DNA from: Ignavibacteriota bacterium
GTDB lineage: Bacteria; Bacteroidota; Ignavibacteria; UBA10030
Length of the DNA stretch: 64,000 nt
Direction of reading: 5' to 3'
Assembly: GCA_963727825.1 (NCBI GenBank)
Contig: CAVSHO010000009.1
Coordinates: 192,001-256,000, forward strand
The notes under the pieces were generated by a model. The model saw nothing but the letters and a program-made list of their open reading frames with translations, was not told the DNA's origin and did not search any database. Shown here in pieces: positions 62,358 to 64,000 of this stretch. A program made the translations under genes and the position numbers. Position 1 is the first letter of the stretch. Each line of letters begins with the position of its first letter.

Positions 62358-63305
62358 TTACAGGACGATAAATGGCACTCCCCAAATTTGCGACGAGAAC
62401 GGAGCTTGATTGTCATAAATTGATTGGCGCGTAAGTACGCTGACAAGCACGTTGAATCTGCCTGCAAAAGAACCATTCCAGCTATTTTCATACACGCGAG
62501 TGAAGGTTCCATCTCCATTTGTCACTGAACTTACAAGACTCATCTGCGCCCGCACGAAATTACCACCAAATTCTAATAGTATTGGTCTATGTGCAGTCAC
62601 TATGTCGCTATCAGGATCTGTACTCTTAACAGTCACCATGATTTTAAACATATCCGTTGGACTTGCTGTCAATTCACGTAATCCCCAGCGTTGAAGCCCC
62701 GGTCCAGATGGAACTTGGAAGAGTGAATCAATTGGGTTCATTACCTGGATTGTATCATTATTGATGAAAAGTGTCACATTTTGGATCGAGATGCCTGTGT
62801 TATTTGTTCCACCTTGTGTTCCCGACACGGCAAATATTTTCCAATTAGATAATTGAGAATAATTCTTTAAAGGAACGCGTATAAACTCTACTTTATGGAC
62901 GAGAGTTTCTGCCAATGGCTTGTAAATGATCGTGTCCTTGGGTGTTTGCTGAATCCGAATCCACACTTGTCCGGCTAATGTGTTAGTGATTGTGGCTATG
63001 ACTATAGAATCATTCACCTGATTGTATGTAACAGTGCGTGAGGCGGTTTGAATTTTTCGTCCCCACCCATCCGGTACGATTGCCGCATCCGTTTTTGCCA
63101 GCGAAGGATCAGCATCACTTAATGCAGCGGCATCTGTAGTAAAAAACGGATCCTGTGCGATAATACTCCCCATTGTTGCTTGATCCTGCTGCGCGACAGG
63201 CCTCATTTGATCGGGCTGGGTTGTCATGTTTGACTTTTCGCATCCTCCAAGACAAAACAAGAAAAGCAGGCATGAGCTTGCGATGACAGCGATATTTTGT
63301 CTCAT
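62358..63305 (-). CDS. Hypothetical lipoprotein
   Basis: AAGGAG RBS; lipobox LGGC; beta-rich mature part. Confidence 0.8.
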   Translation of the reverse strand: MRQNIAVIASSCLLFLFCLGGCEKSNMTTQPDQMRPVAQQDQATMGSIIAQDPFFTTDAAALSDADPSLAKTDAAIVPDGWGRKIQTASRTVTYNQVNDSIVIATITNTLAGQVWIRIQQTPKDTIIYKPLAETLVHKVEFIRVPLKNYSQLSNWKIFAVSGTQGGTNNTGISIQNVTLFINNDTIQVMNPIDSLFQVPSGPGLQRWGLRELTASPTDMFKIMVTVKSTDPDSDIVTAHRPILLEFGGNFVRAQMSLVSSVTNGDGTFTRVYENSWNGSFAGRFNVLVSVLTRQSIYDNQAPFSSQIWGVPFIVL

Positions 63306-63586
63306 TCTATTCTCCTTATTTAAACGTCGACCGTTTGTTTCGTATAAATGCTCTTTGTTATTAGATACTCTCTTACGGGACTGGTTTAAAGGGAATATTT
63401 CGAGAATAGTGACGGTTTCATTAAAAAGAAACAATAGTTTAAGTTCTGGGCATTTTTTTGCATAAACAAAAATGTTTTTTTATCCTTTCCATAAATCAGA
63501 TTGATCACTATTAATATTGAACGAATTATTCGATTCAATTTCGCTGGCAGGATTTTAACAGGAAGTTATAACATACGGTGCGGTAG

Positions 63587-64000
63587 TTATGAGTCGGTAT
63601 CGGCAGTTGTATCGAAATGCTTTGGAGCGCCTTCAACAATAATAACATACTCGCCGCGCGGAGTTTTTTTTGATAACTCAACGAGAACGGACTGCACGGA
63701 GCCACGGACGATCTCTTCAAATTTTTTCGTTAACTCACGAGCAACGACGACATTGCGACCGCCAAGATATGTTTGAATATCTGTTAGCGTTTTAATAATG
63801 CGATGCGGCGATTCGTAAACAATTATAGTACGAGATTCTGATTTCAATGATTCCCATTTTGTTTTACGGCCTTTTTTCTGTGGTAAAAATCCTTCAAACA
63901 CAAAACGATCCGTCGAAAGACCGCTGGCAATGAGAGCTGAAATAAAAGCAGTCGGGCCGGGAATTGGTATAATGGAAACACCATTTTCAAGTGCTTGTTG
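63587..64000 (-). CDS. rsmI: 16S rRNA (cytidine1402-2'-O)-methyltransferase, 3' part
   Basis: IPGPTA, FEGFLP, YESPHR, ARELTKKFEE, RGE; runs off the window edge. Confidence 0.93.
   Translation of the reverse strand, partial: QQALENGVSIIPIPGPTAFISALIASGLSTDRFVFEGFLPQKKGRKTKWESLKSESRTIIVYESPHRIIKTLTDIQTYLGGRNVVVARELTKKFEEIVRGSVQSVLVELSKKTPRGEYVIIVEGAPKHFDTTADTDS

Overview
Bacterial chromosomal window, most consistent with an Ignavibacteria/Bacteroidota-type genome (inferred from a T9SS C-terminal sorting domain, lipoproteins and REP families). It is mostly housekeeping genes: murA, purA, speB, thyX-folA, uppP, hemW, gmd, gpsA-plsY-ispD-queA, ppdK, lpxK-lpxB, smc, glgP, a DEAD-box helicase, an M16 protease and partial rsmI. 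It also holds two AT-rich accessory patches (8.3-10.6 kb and 20.5-27.8 kb) carrying degenerate integron attC-like sites, one intact IS3-family element and many nested palindromic repeats. About 11 single-base frameshifts in 7 genes, including lpxK, point to uncorrected sequencing indels. Best leads: (1) two MITE-like shells with the same 14-bp TIR (ACTGATGTTACGCA) and 5-bp target duplications but unrelated REP cargo, one invaded by the IS3; (2) a ~290-nt multi-stem leader ending in a terminator-like hairpin upstream of the DEAD-box helicase (candidate new cis-regulatory RNA); (3) a membrane-anchored GH2-like protein apparently lacking both catalytic glutamates and translationally coupled to smc; (4) an ICMT/LmtA-like methyltransferase plus a HAD phosphatase next to lpxB-lpxK; (5) thyX in the usual thyA position next to folA. 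I saw no rRNA, tRNA, CRISPR array or recognisable defence system. All calls are by eye; no database search was run.
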